From: Cirrosporium novae-zelandiae
Lineage: Eukaryota
Direction of reading: 5' to 3'
Assembly (NCBI GenBank): GCA_026023565.1
Contig: JAPETS010000013.1
Location: 124,001 to 188,000 of the forward strand
Length of the DNA stretch: 64,000 nt
In this document: positions 1 to 11,300 of the stretch, piece after piece
How the letters are laid out: each line of letters begins with the position of its first letter
How positions within the stretch are numbered: position 1 is the stretch's first letter
Position numbers and translations under genes: made by a program
Notes under the pieces: model-generated
Database searches by the model: none
What the model saw: the letters and a program-made list of their open reading frames with translations, nothing else
Told to the model about the DNA's origin: nothing

Positions 1-187
1 CAACATTCACCAGTCACCAGAAAGGGTAAATGCCTATTGCCCGTGGATACATAATTAGCGTGCAAGTAGCACCGTTGTTGGGCCTCCCCACATAAAGGTG
101 GTCGATTCTATTATTCGACATCGTATATAAAATAAAGGGTAGCAGGAGGCAAAAGCCCATTCCATCACTCATCATTTGTTTATATTT

Positions 188-1018
188 TTATTCGAGGAGA
201 CTGTCAGGCAAGGTAAACGTGATGATCTTTCTTCCGTCGGGGTTGGTCTCACTACTTTCTCCCTCCTTTTTCTTCTTCTCCGGCTTGGGAGGAGGATTTG
301 TATTAATCTCGAGGGTGACCTAATGACAAGAGTGTAAGCTACAGCCGTAGATGATGAAGTGGTGGAGCATCTAGACGGTTCAAAGCATAGCTGGCGATTT
401 ACCGCTGCGTCCGCACTGTGATAGTCAACACCTACGGGCCCATCGTTCACCGATCCAACTTGCATCATAGCCTGGAAGACGCCATTTTTCACTTTGTCTT
501 CAGAATATTTCTCTTGTACTTTGGCGAAGAATTGATTATAAAGGTCTCTTGCTCGGTTGGGTGGAGCGGCTCCGTGAAAATCCGGTTTATTGCCTTTCTT
601 GGTATTCGCAAGTAATGTAAATTGGGATACTGTATATGATCAGGGAGGTCCTCTAGGCTTTTAATGCATGATACAAACCACACAAAACCTCTCCGTCGAT
701 TTCGCGAACGTTCTTTTTCCACTAGCAATAGAAAGACTGGTTAGAGATAGCTATTTGGTATGGCATGGCAGGGTTGGCGTACTCCTGCACCAGACTCATC
801 GGGCCATATTTTTAAATTCAAGACCTTTGAGGCCATGGATTCCACCTCCTTTGTCGTATCTTCGGGGGCTACTGCAGCGAAAACAAGCAGGCCTTTTCCA
901 ATAGTTGAAATAAGTTCCTTGTCGACAGTAACAGAGGCCGATACGACCCTCTGAACAATGGCTTTGGCTTGTTACTAGTTGATCTCACAATTGCACACGG
1001 AGCGTTCCAACCTTTCAT
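188..1018 (-). CDS. DTD1: D-aminoacyl-tRNA (D-Tyr-tRNA) deacylase, 5 exons (1018-1012, 961-783, 721-679, 629-436 or 629-403, 319-188)
   Basis: Manual splice gives MKAIVQRVVSASVTVDKELISTIGKGLLVFAAV...[35 protein letters not shown]...GVFQAMMQVGSVNDGP|VTLEINT...DSLLE*. The SQFTL and NDGPVT motifs are DTD1 hallmarks; all introns are GT-AG. Confidence 0.95.
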
Positions 1019-1618
1019 GACTACTGGCGACGGGTTCTAAAATGGATGCGCTTCCACAAATCGATATTCTTTGATCTTGACCGGTACCTATTATTGGAAA
1101 TAGACCATCATTATTAATTTCGTAGGTAGACGGGGATATTGCATTCTCGAGGATACATTACTATGTCACAACGCCCATTCTAAGAACAAGTTGATGGAGG
1201 AACTAAGGTAGTTTATTAGCAAACAAGTCTTCAACACAAAGATAGACAACAATTACAACAATGCAAAAGTCATTCCCTGAAACGGAGATACAGCTGGGGC
1301 GAATATTAATAAAGCAATGCTTGCCACAGCAACAAGGTAGAAAGTATCGGCGCACCAGAGCATGCCCGTAGTTGCGCAGATAGCAGATCACGAGCACCCC
1401 AACGCGCGCTACACGTTCATCACTTAATTACATCAAAAGCCTCCCCTCATCTACATCCAAGTACAAAGCCTCCCTGGTTCTAGTTCACAAACTCAATGCG
1501 ACGCAGGTGTTCGGAGATCCAACAATTTCCTCGACAACACCTGAAACCACAAATTACTCCTCAGCCCTACCATTACATCCTACCTATCGTCGCCTCCACT
1601 ATACTTTACTTCCCCGCA

Positions 1619-3687
1619 ATGGCTTCACGAAAAACCCAGCAGGAGATGGACAAGACCTTCAAAAAGGTTTCGGAGGGTATCCAGGCCTTTGAAGGAATAT
1701 TCGAGAAGATCCACCAATCTACAAACCAGGCGCAGAAGGACAAGCTGGAAGACAACCTCAAACGAGAGATTAAAAAACTACAACGGCAAAGAGATCAAAT
1801 AAAGACCTGGGCTGCTGGAAATGAGGTCAAAGATAAGAAGCCGCTGATAGAACAGCGGAAAGCAATCGAGACAGTATAGTTCTACATAAAACCCATGAGG
1901 TTGTTGTCTACTAACTATGTTGTCTACATAGTGTATGGAGAAATTTAAGGCGGTGGAAAAGGAAATGAAGACCAAAGCCTACTCGAAAGAAGGGTTATCT
2001 GCTGCGGCTAAACTGGATCCTCGGGAGAAGGAGAAGTCGGAAAGCTGCCAGTTCTTATCATCGATGGTGGAGGAGCTAGAAAGGCAGGTCGAGTCGCTGG
2101 AAGCTGAGGAGGAGAATTTACACGCAACGGTCAAGAAAGGCAAAAGGGATACAACCAAAGCGGACCGGTTAGCGGAGATATCGAGAATATTGGAACGGCA
2201 TAAATGGCACCAAGGGAAATTAGAATTATTACTCCGATCACTAGAGAACGGCAATGTGGAACCAGCTCAGGTGACCGATATTCAGGAAAGCATCAAGTTC
2301 TACGTCGACTCGAATCAGGACCCAGACTTTATGGAAGACGATTCGTTATACGATGACTTTAATCTCGACGCGGAAGAGGGAACTTTTGGCATCGCAAATG
2401 ACAATGACCGGGTCTCATCTCAAGATACCCAGTCGACGCAGGATGATACACAAGACACGGATGGAAGAGGCTCGCTATCAGGAAAGTCGAAAGCGCCGGA
2501 TGTACCAGGCACCGGTGCGAGAAGACCGTCTACACAAATGAAATCACCATTACCGGCTCTGGCAACTCTGCATACCCCTCTAGCAACGTCAACATCAAAC
2601 GTCACAAACAATGGCATGAAGCCAGCCCCTCTGCCAACGAGGCCACCAGGGGAGGGACTGAAGTATGCCTCTGCGGCGGCCGCTGCTGCTGCGAGTGAGA
2701 AAAACAACTTGGGTATCGCTCCACTACCTCCACCGCCAGGGGCTGCTCCTTCCAGCTCAAATGGCCTTCCATCAGCTTCGGGGTCGAAACAGAGTGTTAC
2801 CCCTTCTCCCCAACTAAAGCCCGCTTCATTTTCACAGCCACATTCTATACAGGATTCAAAGGCAAGGGGTAGTATGGATGACTCATCAAGCAGCCAAGCA
2901 CAGTCGAAGTCTCCTACCCTCAGTCAATCAAGTGCCATGGCAACCGGGAGTGTCCCAAGTACAATGCCACCTACCCCGGCTCTACAAAAGGCTGAAAACG
3001 CTCATCCACCGGAAGCCCCGTCATCTACAAAATCGCCTGCCCCTACCGAGCCAGCTTCGTTGCAGGTTCAAACGAACGGCAACTGTCATGTTCAATCAGA
3101 TATAGACGAACTGTCGATGTATCATCTTCCACCAGGGCTTCAAGACCTAATACAGTCATTTGAGCTGACGAAATCTCGGGAAAGAAACCCTAATGCTCCC
3201 CCAGTACAACGCCTTCTCGGTGCATCCCACGCTTTGATTCCAGGGTTCATGGATTCAGAAAAGCCGAAGCATTATCGGCCGCAGACGCAATACAGCACCC
3301 CAGAACACTTTCCTCAGGAACCGTTGACGGTGTTTGATGATCCACGGCTGTACGACGCGGGCAGAATTGAGACTGACACGCTGTTCTTCATTTTTTACTA
3401 TCGGCAGAATACATATCAACAATTACTTGCGGCCAAGACGCTAAAGAACCAAAGTTGGCGATTTCACAAGCAGTACCAAACATGGTTTCAGCGGCACGAA
3501 GAGCCAAAACACATAACAGAAGAGTTTGAGCAAGGCACGTATCGGTTCTTTGATTATGAGAGCACATGGTTAATATACCCACCCTTTTGTATCCAAATAC
3601 GTTGGCATGGCTAACTATTGCTGCAGGATGAATCGAAGGAAGGCTGACTTCAAGTTTGCCTACAAGTTCTTAGAAGATGATTTGTAA
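1619..3687 (+). CDS. NOT3: CCR4-NOT complex subunit Not3/Not5 (exons 1619-1873, 1932-3568, 3627-3687)
   Basis: Not3 N-terminal domain ([20 protein letters not shown]...KREIKKLQR...[21 protein letters not shown]) and C-terminal NOT box (DTLFFIFYY...[22 protein letters not shown]...[27 protein letters not shown]). Both introns have CTAAC branch sites. Confidence 0.95.
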
Positions 3688-5873
3688 ATTAGCAAGGTGT
3701 CGAGGGCTGATAGCAATAAGGGATTAATATCCATTGCAGTTGCGAGGTTGTGTGTGAGTTTCTGTGATCAAGAACATTTAACTGGATTAAACTGCTCTGG
3801 ATTCTTTTGCACCGTCTCGGCCATTTCTTGACGCAATCATTTCCAGGTTCAACGCTGTTCATTTCCTAGATGAAGCACTAATCACTAATGCCCAACTGTA
3901 TTGGGGGCGGCCTCAGCAGCTGAAACCAGAGATGCATGCCCTATTGGTATTTCCAGATTTACTGAGTAGGTGAGATTGACCGACTTTCCACGGCTATGGA
4001 CCAATGAGATGGAACGATGACGATGCGACATTCTCGCAGGAATTGTTGTAAGTTTCATTTGGCAGGCGATGGGAGTGGGTTATTCGGTTTCATCTATTTT
4101 AAACTTGTTAAGATAGATGTGTGCCACCGGCGGAGGATAGCAATAGGAATCACGGGTTCTGAAGGTGCCAGCATAGGAATGTCTTGTCTCACAGTTGTTG
4201 GACAAGAAGGGGGGAAATGACAAATGATATAGCTAGACAGATGAGATGCCCAGCACAGTTCTAACAGTAGCCGTTCCTCGATCTTCTTTTTTTTTTTCTT
4301 TTTCTTGTCCCTGACGTGGCTGGTGATGTTTTTATAGATGCGGTAGAGAACCCTGCAAGGATGACGAATGAGGATGGTGGAAGACCAATGATCAACGACC
4401 AAGCTTTCATTGAAGGATTTTGAAGCCACAAGCGGGTTGTTCTGGTTCACCAGAGCCTCAGAGTTTTTTTTCTTGGAAACTTCGACCGTTTTCGAGAAGG
4501 ACGCTTTTTATTCCATTGTTCCTCGCTTCATCGCTTCACTTTACCTTGCTCGAGTAGATGATGATAACTACCCAGGTAGAAATGTGTATGCCTTGGATAG
4601 CCAAGGCTAACCAAGGCAACGACGCTAAGCTCCAACACCCTTCTAATTTTTCAACGGAGTACGACGAACGACGGCCAGCAGAGCAATGAGTCAACTAGAA
4701 AGAAAAAAAGATGAATCCAATCATCTAAAAACACTTCTCCCGGGGAAATCTTCACCTCTTTCCGATTTCTTTCTTCCTCTTTTTCCTTTTGGTTTTGATG
4801 AAAAAGGCGACTGGTTAACCATGGCTTTAGGTTGTCGCCCTCGTCAATACTATTCTCCATCCAGCCTGTGATTCCACCCCAGCCCTTCAACCCGCAAGCC
4901 TGCCAGTCTACAAGAAACACAGCAGCCTGGCGAGCCTCTTTGCGAAATGATGCGATGTCACGAAGCTTCTTTCAGCTCAGTTCTGTCGCTTCGGTTAGGA
5001 ACTATTCCTGTTTCCTTGGGACCTAATATCGTGCTACCCTGGCTGGTGGCCACGAGAATAAACGGTGAGTTAGTCGTTGGAGGTGAAGCGAATGGTTCGC
5101 CTCTCCATGGGATCTACGTGCCATCTTTCTTACTTCCTTACTTCATTGATGTTTCGGAAACGAACATATTCAGCCACAGTTTTTCTTCCAGTAACTGTTC
5201 TTTGGGTCCTTGACCAAGTAATCCTCAATCATCCAAGCGTCCCATTGATTGCCAACGTTATCCTACTTCATATGCGCCATCATATATCTTTGAATGAGGC
5301 TACCATTCATGATTATTTTATTTCCAACTCTCGGCCATCTGCCATTACTCGCAGCGGCAGGCTAGCATCTGGTATATCTTTGGCTCCAAGTAGATGCATC
5401 ATTTACCCGTTCGGGCTCGCTCAGCATTCGAGCCAATAGGATGCATTAAAAATCAACTTTCTCTTCGTATTATACAACGTGTTTCTATGTCCTAACCAAA
5501 CTATCGGTATGCTTCACGACGTTAGGCTTGACGTGAGTGTCGGTCGCTGACAAGGAAGTGACTGCAAAGTATCCAGCCCTATTTCTAGAAGAAGCCTCAT
5601 TGTGTCAAGTTGTTAGACTTAGGGTTATATATCTTCAATGTCATCAGATGTTGCTCCTTTTTTTTTTCAACATTTACAAATAAAAGATATTTCAAGAAAC
5701 CGCTTTGAGCCTTTATCTTCAAACGTCTCATTACTCTGCCATCCTCCTATTCAGATATCTTGTCAACTTTAGAGCTTTTGCAACATTACCATTACTGTAC
5801 TAAAACCATCTTTGGTACCGCCATAAGATTCAGCATCACTTACCCATCGGTACCAGTTTGAATCTCTTGCAAA

Positions 5874-6593
5874 ATGCGAAGAAATCACGCCCGTGGATAT
5901 GGCCAATCGCCATTTTCCGCCTACAGCAGCAATTCCGCGGAAACTTATAATTCATCACATGGTGGTTATGATGAGTCCCAAAGCATGACTAGTTATGAGA
6001 CTGCGAATTCGGCTCCAGTTATGGCACCCTCATACTCCTCTCAAAGCAGCGCTTCCTACCACTCGACTACCTCATACCGTCATCCTGATACACAGCATCA
6101 AGCCTGGAGCGGTTATGACGAGGAGTCTAGTTCCTCAGCCAGCCAACGGAAGCGTTCTCAAGCATCAGCATATTCGGCGGAATCTGCCTCTCATGCTCAG
6201 CCATCATCTTCTTCAAGTCACGGCGCCTCCTCTCCTGAGACCCCTAGAGATGCAGAGAAGCATCGAAAGGGTTCTAAAAAGGGGAAAGAGTCCTCTGGGT
6301 AAGGTTTAACACGTCCTTCCGAATATTCTCTAGCTAACCAATACAGTAACCAAGATAGATATCCATGTTTATATCCAGAATGCCTCAGCGATTTTTCGCG
6401 TCCAAATGATCTGGACAGGCACTATAAATCTGTCCATTACAACTTTGGTGGAACCTTTGACTGTCCTCGCAGGAACTGTGAGCGAAAGGCAAAGAATGGA
6501 CGAGCATTTACTCGTCAGGACCATCTTACTGAGCACCTGAGGAACTTCCACGACGATCCCAGGGCTCAAAAAAGAACCCGGGGAAGTTCTTGA
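5874..6593 (+). CDS. Small C2H2 zinc-finger protein, putative transcription factor (exons 5874-6298, 6347-6593)
   Basis: Ser-rich exon 1, intron GTAAGG..CTAAC..CAG, then exon 2 YPCLYPECLSDFSRPNDLDRHYKSVH...FDCPRRNCERKAKNGRAFTRQDHLTEHLRNFH, i.e. two C2H2 fingers, in frame after splicing. Confidence 0.85.
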
Positions 6594-7430
6594 GTTGACT
6601 GGGTCTTGTTGGAATGCGGGCGTTCTGGGATGAAAGGGTATATGATTATACGATGAATAGAACCGACGGGATTAATTATGACTAGCGACGACTAACTGTA
6701 CGGAATCTTGGGTTGGACAAGGTGTTTTCAAGAGATGAGATGTTTTTTTATGGGTCTCATGAAGTTGGATGTTGGGATTTGCATTGTATTGATAACAGGG
6801 ATGTGAGATGTGAGGGATTTGATGCATTGGTCCCTGGGGCTTGTACCAAAATGCAGGTTTATATTAATAGTCTAGTGGTGTTCCAGTCACCACGTTGTGT
6901 ACGAAATGAAAGGATATTTATTTGTTGATGGTCAAATAGTCTTTGCCTAGCAAATTAACGTATGTGTACTTTAGTAATGTATCAGTAATGTATCTGTAAT
7001 GCAATCATTTTCATCGGCCATCTCCAGACACCGGAAGGAACCAGGAAATTCCCGAGGTTGCCACCGGTCCCTTTTTTCCCCGCATTTGAATTTTTGACCC
7101 CTCAGCCCAAACCAAATTCAGGCCAATTAAGGCATCCATAATCAATCGCTAAGCTTCAACTTCTCTCATGATTTCTGATTTCTGATTTCTGATGATTCTC
7201 TCAATCTCTCAAGCATCATTTCCATCACTTGACAGCCTCCAGTCTCGAGTCTCCTCTTCCTCCAGCGTCTGCTGCCTCTCCTACCTCTTCATCTTCTCCA
7301 TCTCAAAGGCATTGATAATTCCAATTTCTTTCCAATTCTTCCTGTACAGCCATTTCGTGACAATCAATTCCTTTTCCTCCAATTCCGCCCCATCCCGCCC
7401 CCCCCACCTGGTCGAGTCATTTTACATACA

Positions 7431-8336
7431 ATGGTTAAAATATTCAACAATAATTTCTCCTACGATTATCCCTTTCCAACCGTAACCCTCGCCTACTTTC
7501 TCCGCTACCCGAATCCATATTCCCGGCACGTTTTATCCACCGACGTCATCGATCGGCATTTTGATCCAGTTACTCAACGTCTATATACAACCCGTCTTCA
7601 TCTTAAACGGTCCAAAGTCCCATCAGCCATCCTACGTCTTTTACCCAAGGGTCTAGGAGGCAGTGATTCATCTGGCCAAAGTTATATTCTCGAAACAAGC
7701 ACTGTAGACATCAAGGAAGGATGGATGGACACAGAAGCTCGCAATCTAGAGTGGACTGGTGTTTTAAGTGTTGTGGAGAGGCAAAAGTTCTATAGGCGGC
7801 CAGAACCAGGAAAGGCACCAGGCTCAATTCAAAAAGAAGGATTTTTTTCACGTACAAAACAGAGGGATGGGTCCGGAGAATCCGAACGTGATCCTCCCGA
7901 GTCAACTTCCGTTACCACAACCGTTACTTTCCAATCACGCATCGGACAAGCCAGACGACTTCGACAAGAAAAGAAAGCAAATGCAGCATCACTCTTATCA
8001 AATGAAGAGGAAGAGGAGGCTCCCGTCCCCAAGAAGGGGTTTTTCGCTTCGTGGTCATCCTCATCGATTCAAAAATCCATCGAGACTTTAAGCCTTCATC
8101 GTACACGAGAGGGTTTAAACAAGAGCAAGGAGGGTATGAATGTGGTTCTCGAACGACTTCGATCTGGCGGTCTCGTCAACGTTTTAGAGGGCATGCGTAG
8201 AGATCGTGAAGCCCTCAACCTTCACGGAGGAGGAGCCTACAAAATGGCACTAGGAGGTGGAAGCTTAGAAAATCGCCCACCCCGCCGTGTTCCACGTCAT
8301 GTGGAGCATGACCTTTTTGCCAATGATGAGAATTAA
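7431..8336 (+). CDS. UPS1: PRELI/MSF1-family mitochondrial intermembrane-space lipid transfer protein (Ups1-like)
   Basis: MVKIFNNNFSYDYPFPTVTLAYFLRYPNPYSRHVLSTDVIDR and later KSKEGMNVVLERLR are PRELI/Ups1 signatures; single 301-aa ORF. Confidence 0.9.
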   Translation: MVKIFNNNFSYDYPFPTVTLAYFLRYPNPYSRHVLSTDVIDRHFDPVTQRLYTTRLHLKRSKVPSAILRLLPKGLGGSDSSGQSYILETSTVDIKEGWMDTEARNLEWTGVLSVVERQKFYRRPEPGKAPGSIQKEGFFSRTKQRDGSGESERDPPESTSVTTTVTFQSRIGQARRLRQEKKANAASLLSNEEEEEAPVPKKGFFASWSSSSIQKSIETLSLHRTREGLNKSKEGMNVVLERLRSGGLVNVLEGMRRDREALNLHGGGAYKMALGGGSLENRPPRRVPRHVEHDLFANDEN

Positions 8337-8339
8337 TTT

Positions 8340-11300
8340 TCAATGATACAAAAAGATTTATTTTATCGAGTTGGGGGGTCATTGATTTTTTTGAAACCTG
8401 GACCTAGTCCTAGGGCTTTTTTGAAAGAATAAAAAAGAAAAAAAGATATATCGACTATACCCTTCATTCAACCCTTTTTTTTTTATGGGCCATCCCACCT
8501 TTTTTTTTTTCTTCCTCTTCTCTTTTTTCCCTCTTCTTCTCTTTTTTCCCTCTTCTTCTCTTTTTTCGGGTATTAGCGAGGCGTTTAGGTTCATCCACCA
8601 CCATCGGAACAGAATGGAAACGGATATGGAAATGGTATGGAAATGGTATGGAATAAGATATGGTTATTGAAATTAACGGAATGGCAACGGAAACGGAAAC
8701 GGAACGGAACGGCAACGGTAACGGGACGGGAACACACATATAGTTTTTTTGGGTTTCTTTCAAAAATCTCTTCTCACGGCCTTTGGGTTTGATTGGTGGG
8801 GTGGATGGATAGGGTCAAAGTAAAATCAGAAATCAAAATTAAGATCAAGAATAGGTGTATGTATGCATGTGGGTGTGTGGTTGGGGAATGAAGGGAGGGG
8901 GAGAGGAGAGGAGAGGAGAAGAGATAACAAGATAAGAGAAGAAGAGAGAAGAGAGAAGAGAGAGGGAAAGAAACTGTAGTAAATGTATGATTGATTGGTT
9001 GATTGGCTGGCTAACTAACTATCTCATATTCACATGACTGAATTAGTAAAAGCAAGAATGAAATGGAATGGAAGAAAGAAAAAACCTAAAAAACAAAGCC
9101 CCCTTTTCCTTCTTCTCTTTTCTCTTCATTAATCATGGTATTTCCTATACCCCATGCATACCGTGTGAACAAAAAAAATAATGAGGGAGGAGAAGAAAGG
9201 GGAAAGGGGAAAGGAAGAAGAGAGAGAAAGAAGAAGTGTTTGTATTTTTTTGTCATCTACATTTTATTATACTTATTATAAATTTTTGTACAGATCATAT
9301 ATATATGGTATCACAGTATCACACAGTACAATCAATACCTATCCAATATCTATCCATCCACCCCCCCCGTTTAGAAAAAAAAAAAGGACTTGATTCGTTT
9401 TTCTCGTTTTATATATTAGTCTATATACTCACGTTGTCTTATTATATATTATAAGTATGGATGGATGGAAAGTCAAGTGGAGTGGAGTGAAGGGAAGTAA
9501 AAAATACAAGGAGAAGCAAGAAGAAGAAATAATATAGGAGAAGGATGGAAGGAGATGGCATCATTGGCATGGCATGGCATGAGGATATCTAGGCTAGAGG
9601 GAAGAAGAGGTGGTCTAGATGATTCGACCTATCCTAATTTTTTTATTCAGCCTCGATATATATATATATATATGTACTTGTGTTGTCTTATTTCGTGTTG
9701 TAAGTACGGATGGAGGGATATATAATTTAAATGAGATTAAAAAAAAACAGAAAAAGAAGAAACAAAAAAGCAAATATATATATATATATATAATGGAGGT
9801 TAAAATAGTGATAGGTGGCGTGATGGAATAGGGATAGGAAGTAAGTAAGTACCCAGGTAACCTAAATACCTCGCTTCACTTCACTTCAATCTTAATCCAT
9901 CCCAATCCACCCATCCCGACAAACAAAAATTAAAAAAATTTATCATCATCATCATCATCTAAATGCCCAAATTCCAAATTCCAAATACTAAATACTAAGA
10001 GAGAGAGAGAGAGAGAGAAAGAGAGGTCTTGGGGAACGAGAAATTGAAATTGGAACTGAATACGTGATCTTGAAAGAAGCAAAGTGGGAGGTTGGGGGGG
10101 AGGGGGGGAGGGATAAAGGGGAGAAAAAGGGAGAATGAGTGAAAGAGGGAGGGTGAGGGTTGGGGTCTGACTGATTTAATCTTTTTGTAGGAGATTTGTA
10201 TGTATGTATATGTATATGTATAGGTCTATTTCTACTTTTCTACTTTTATATTTTCATACTTACCCCTAACCTACCTACCTACCTACCTACCTACCTACCA
10301 AACCACCCTTGGTTCCCAACTCCGATATACATGTACAACATTATTCACACATATCCATACACAGACAAAGAAAAGGAAAGAAAGGGAAAAAAGAAGAAAA
10401 AGAAAAAGAAAAAGAAAAAGAAAAAGAAAAAGAAAAAGAAAAGGAAAGGGAAGGATTGGAGCATTTAGAGTTATTAGGGGATTAGGGGATTAGAATATTA
10501 GAAAATTTTGGTTTTTACCGACCAGGGGGGGAGGGGAGTAGGATAGCTAAATGAAAAGGTAGGAGATATAAGAGGTACTTTGGAATGCTGGAAATACTGT
10601 GGGGTGTGGAGCATAAGCTATAAGCTGTACGGGTAGGAAAGGTAGGAAGGATAGAAAAAATATATGTATATATAATCAAAACCATGTCCCTGATCCTAAG
10701 TATTCCCCTTACTCCTCCTCCCCCCTCCTCACTTCTCACTTCTCACTCCTCACTCCCACCTACCCATATATCCCCAAATCCATCCTCTCCCTTCCTAAGT
10801 AATATATTCTCAAATCTCAAACCCTAAACCCCACACATTTCTTTATTTTTAGTTTTAGTTTTGTATAGTGCAGTGCAGTGCAGTATTTTTATATATAGAG
10901 TATTTATATAGTATTTTACCGGTTCGTGGGATTGGGATTGGGATTGGGATTGGGATTGGGAGGGGGTATATCAGGGAGAAGGGTTGTGGGATGGAAGATG
11001 GAAGATGGGTATAGGATGTATAAGGGAAGGAGTGGCAGGAGGAGGGGGGATGTTGTAGATAGATATATATGCATGTATATGTACATGTACAAGTATATAT
11101 TGTTTTTATCTATACGTGTGTATATATATGGATGGATGGATGGATGGATGGATGGATATATAAAACCTCTAACCTCCCCCTCTCTCCTCTCTTCCCTATC
11201 TGCCATCCGCCATCTATCTCTCCCATCCCTCCCTACACATACATTCATACACATCCACACACACACATCCACACACACACACACACATATTTATATTTAT

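Noticed and set aside
10474..10493. TTAGGGG-ATTAGGGG-ATTAG as an interstitial telomere
   Set aside because: The unit is 8 bp and there are fewer than 3 copies; not a (TTAGGG)n array.
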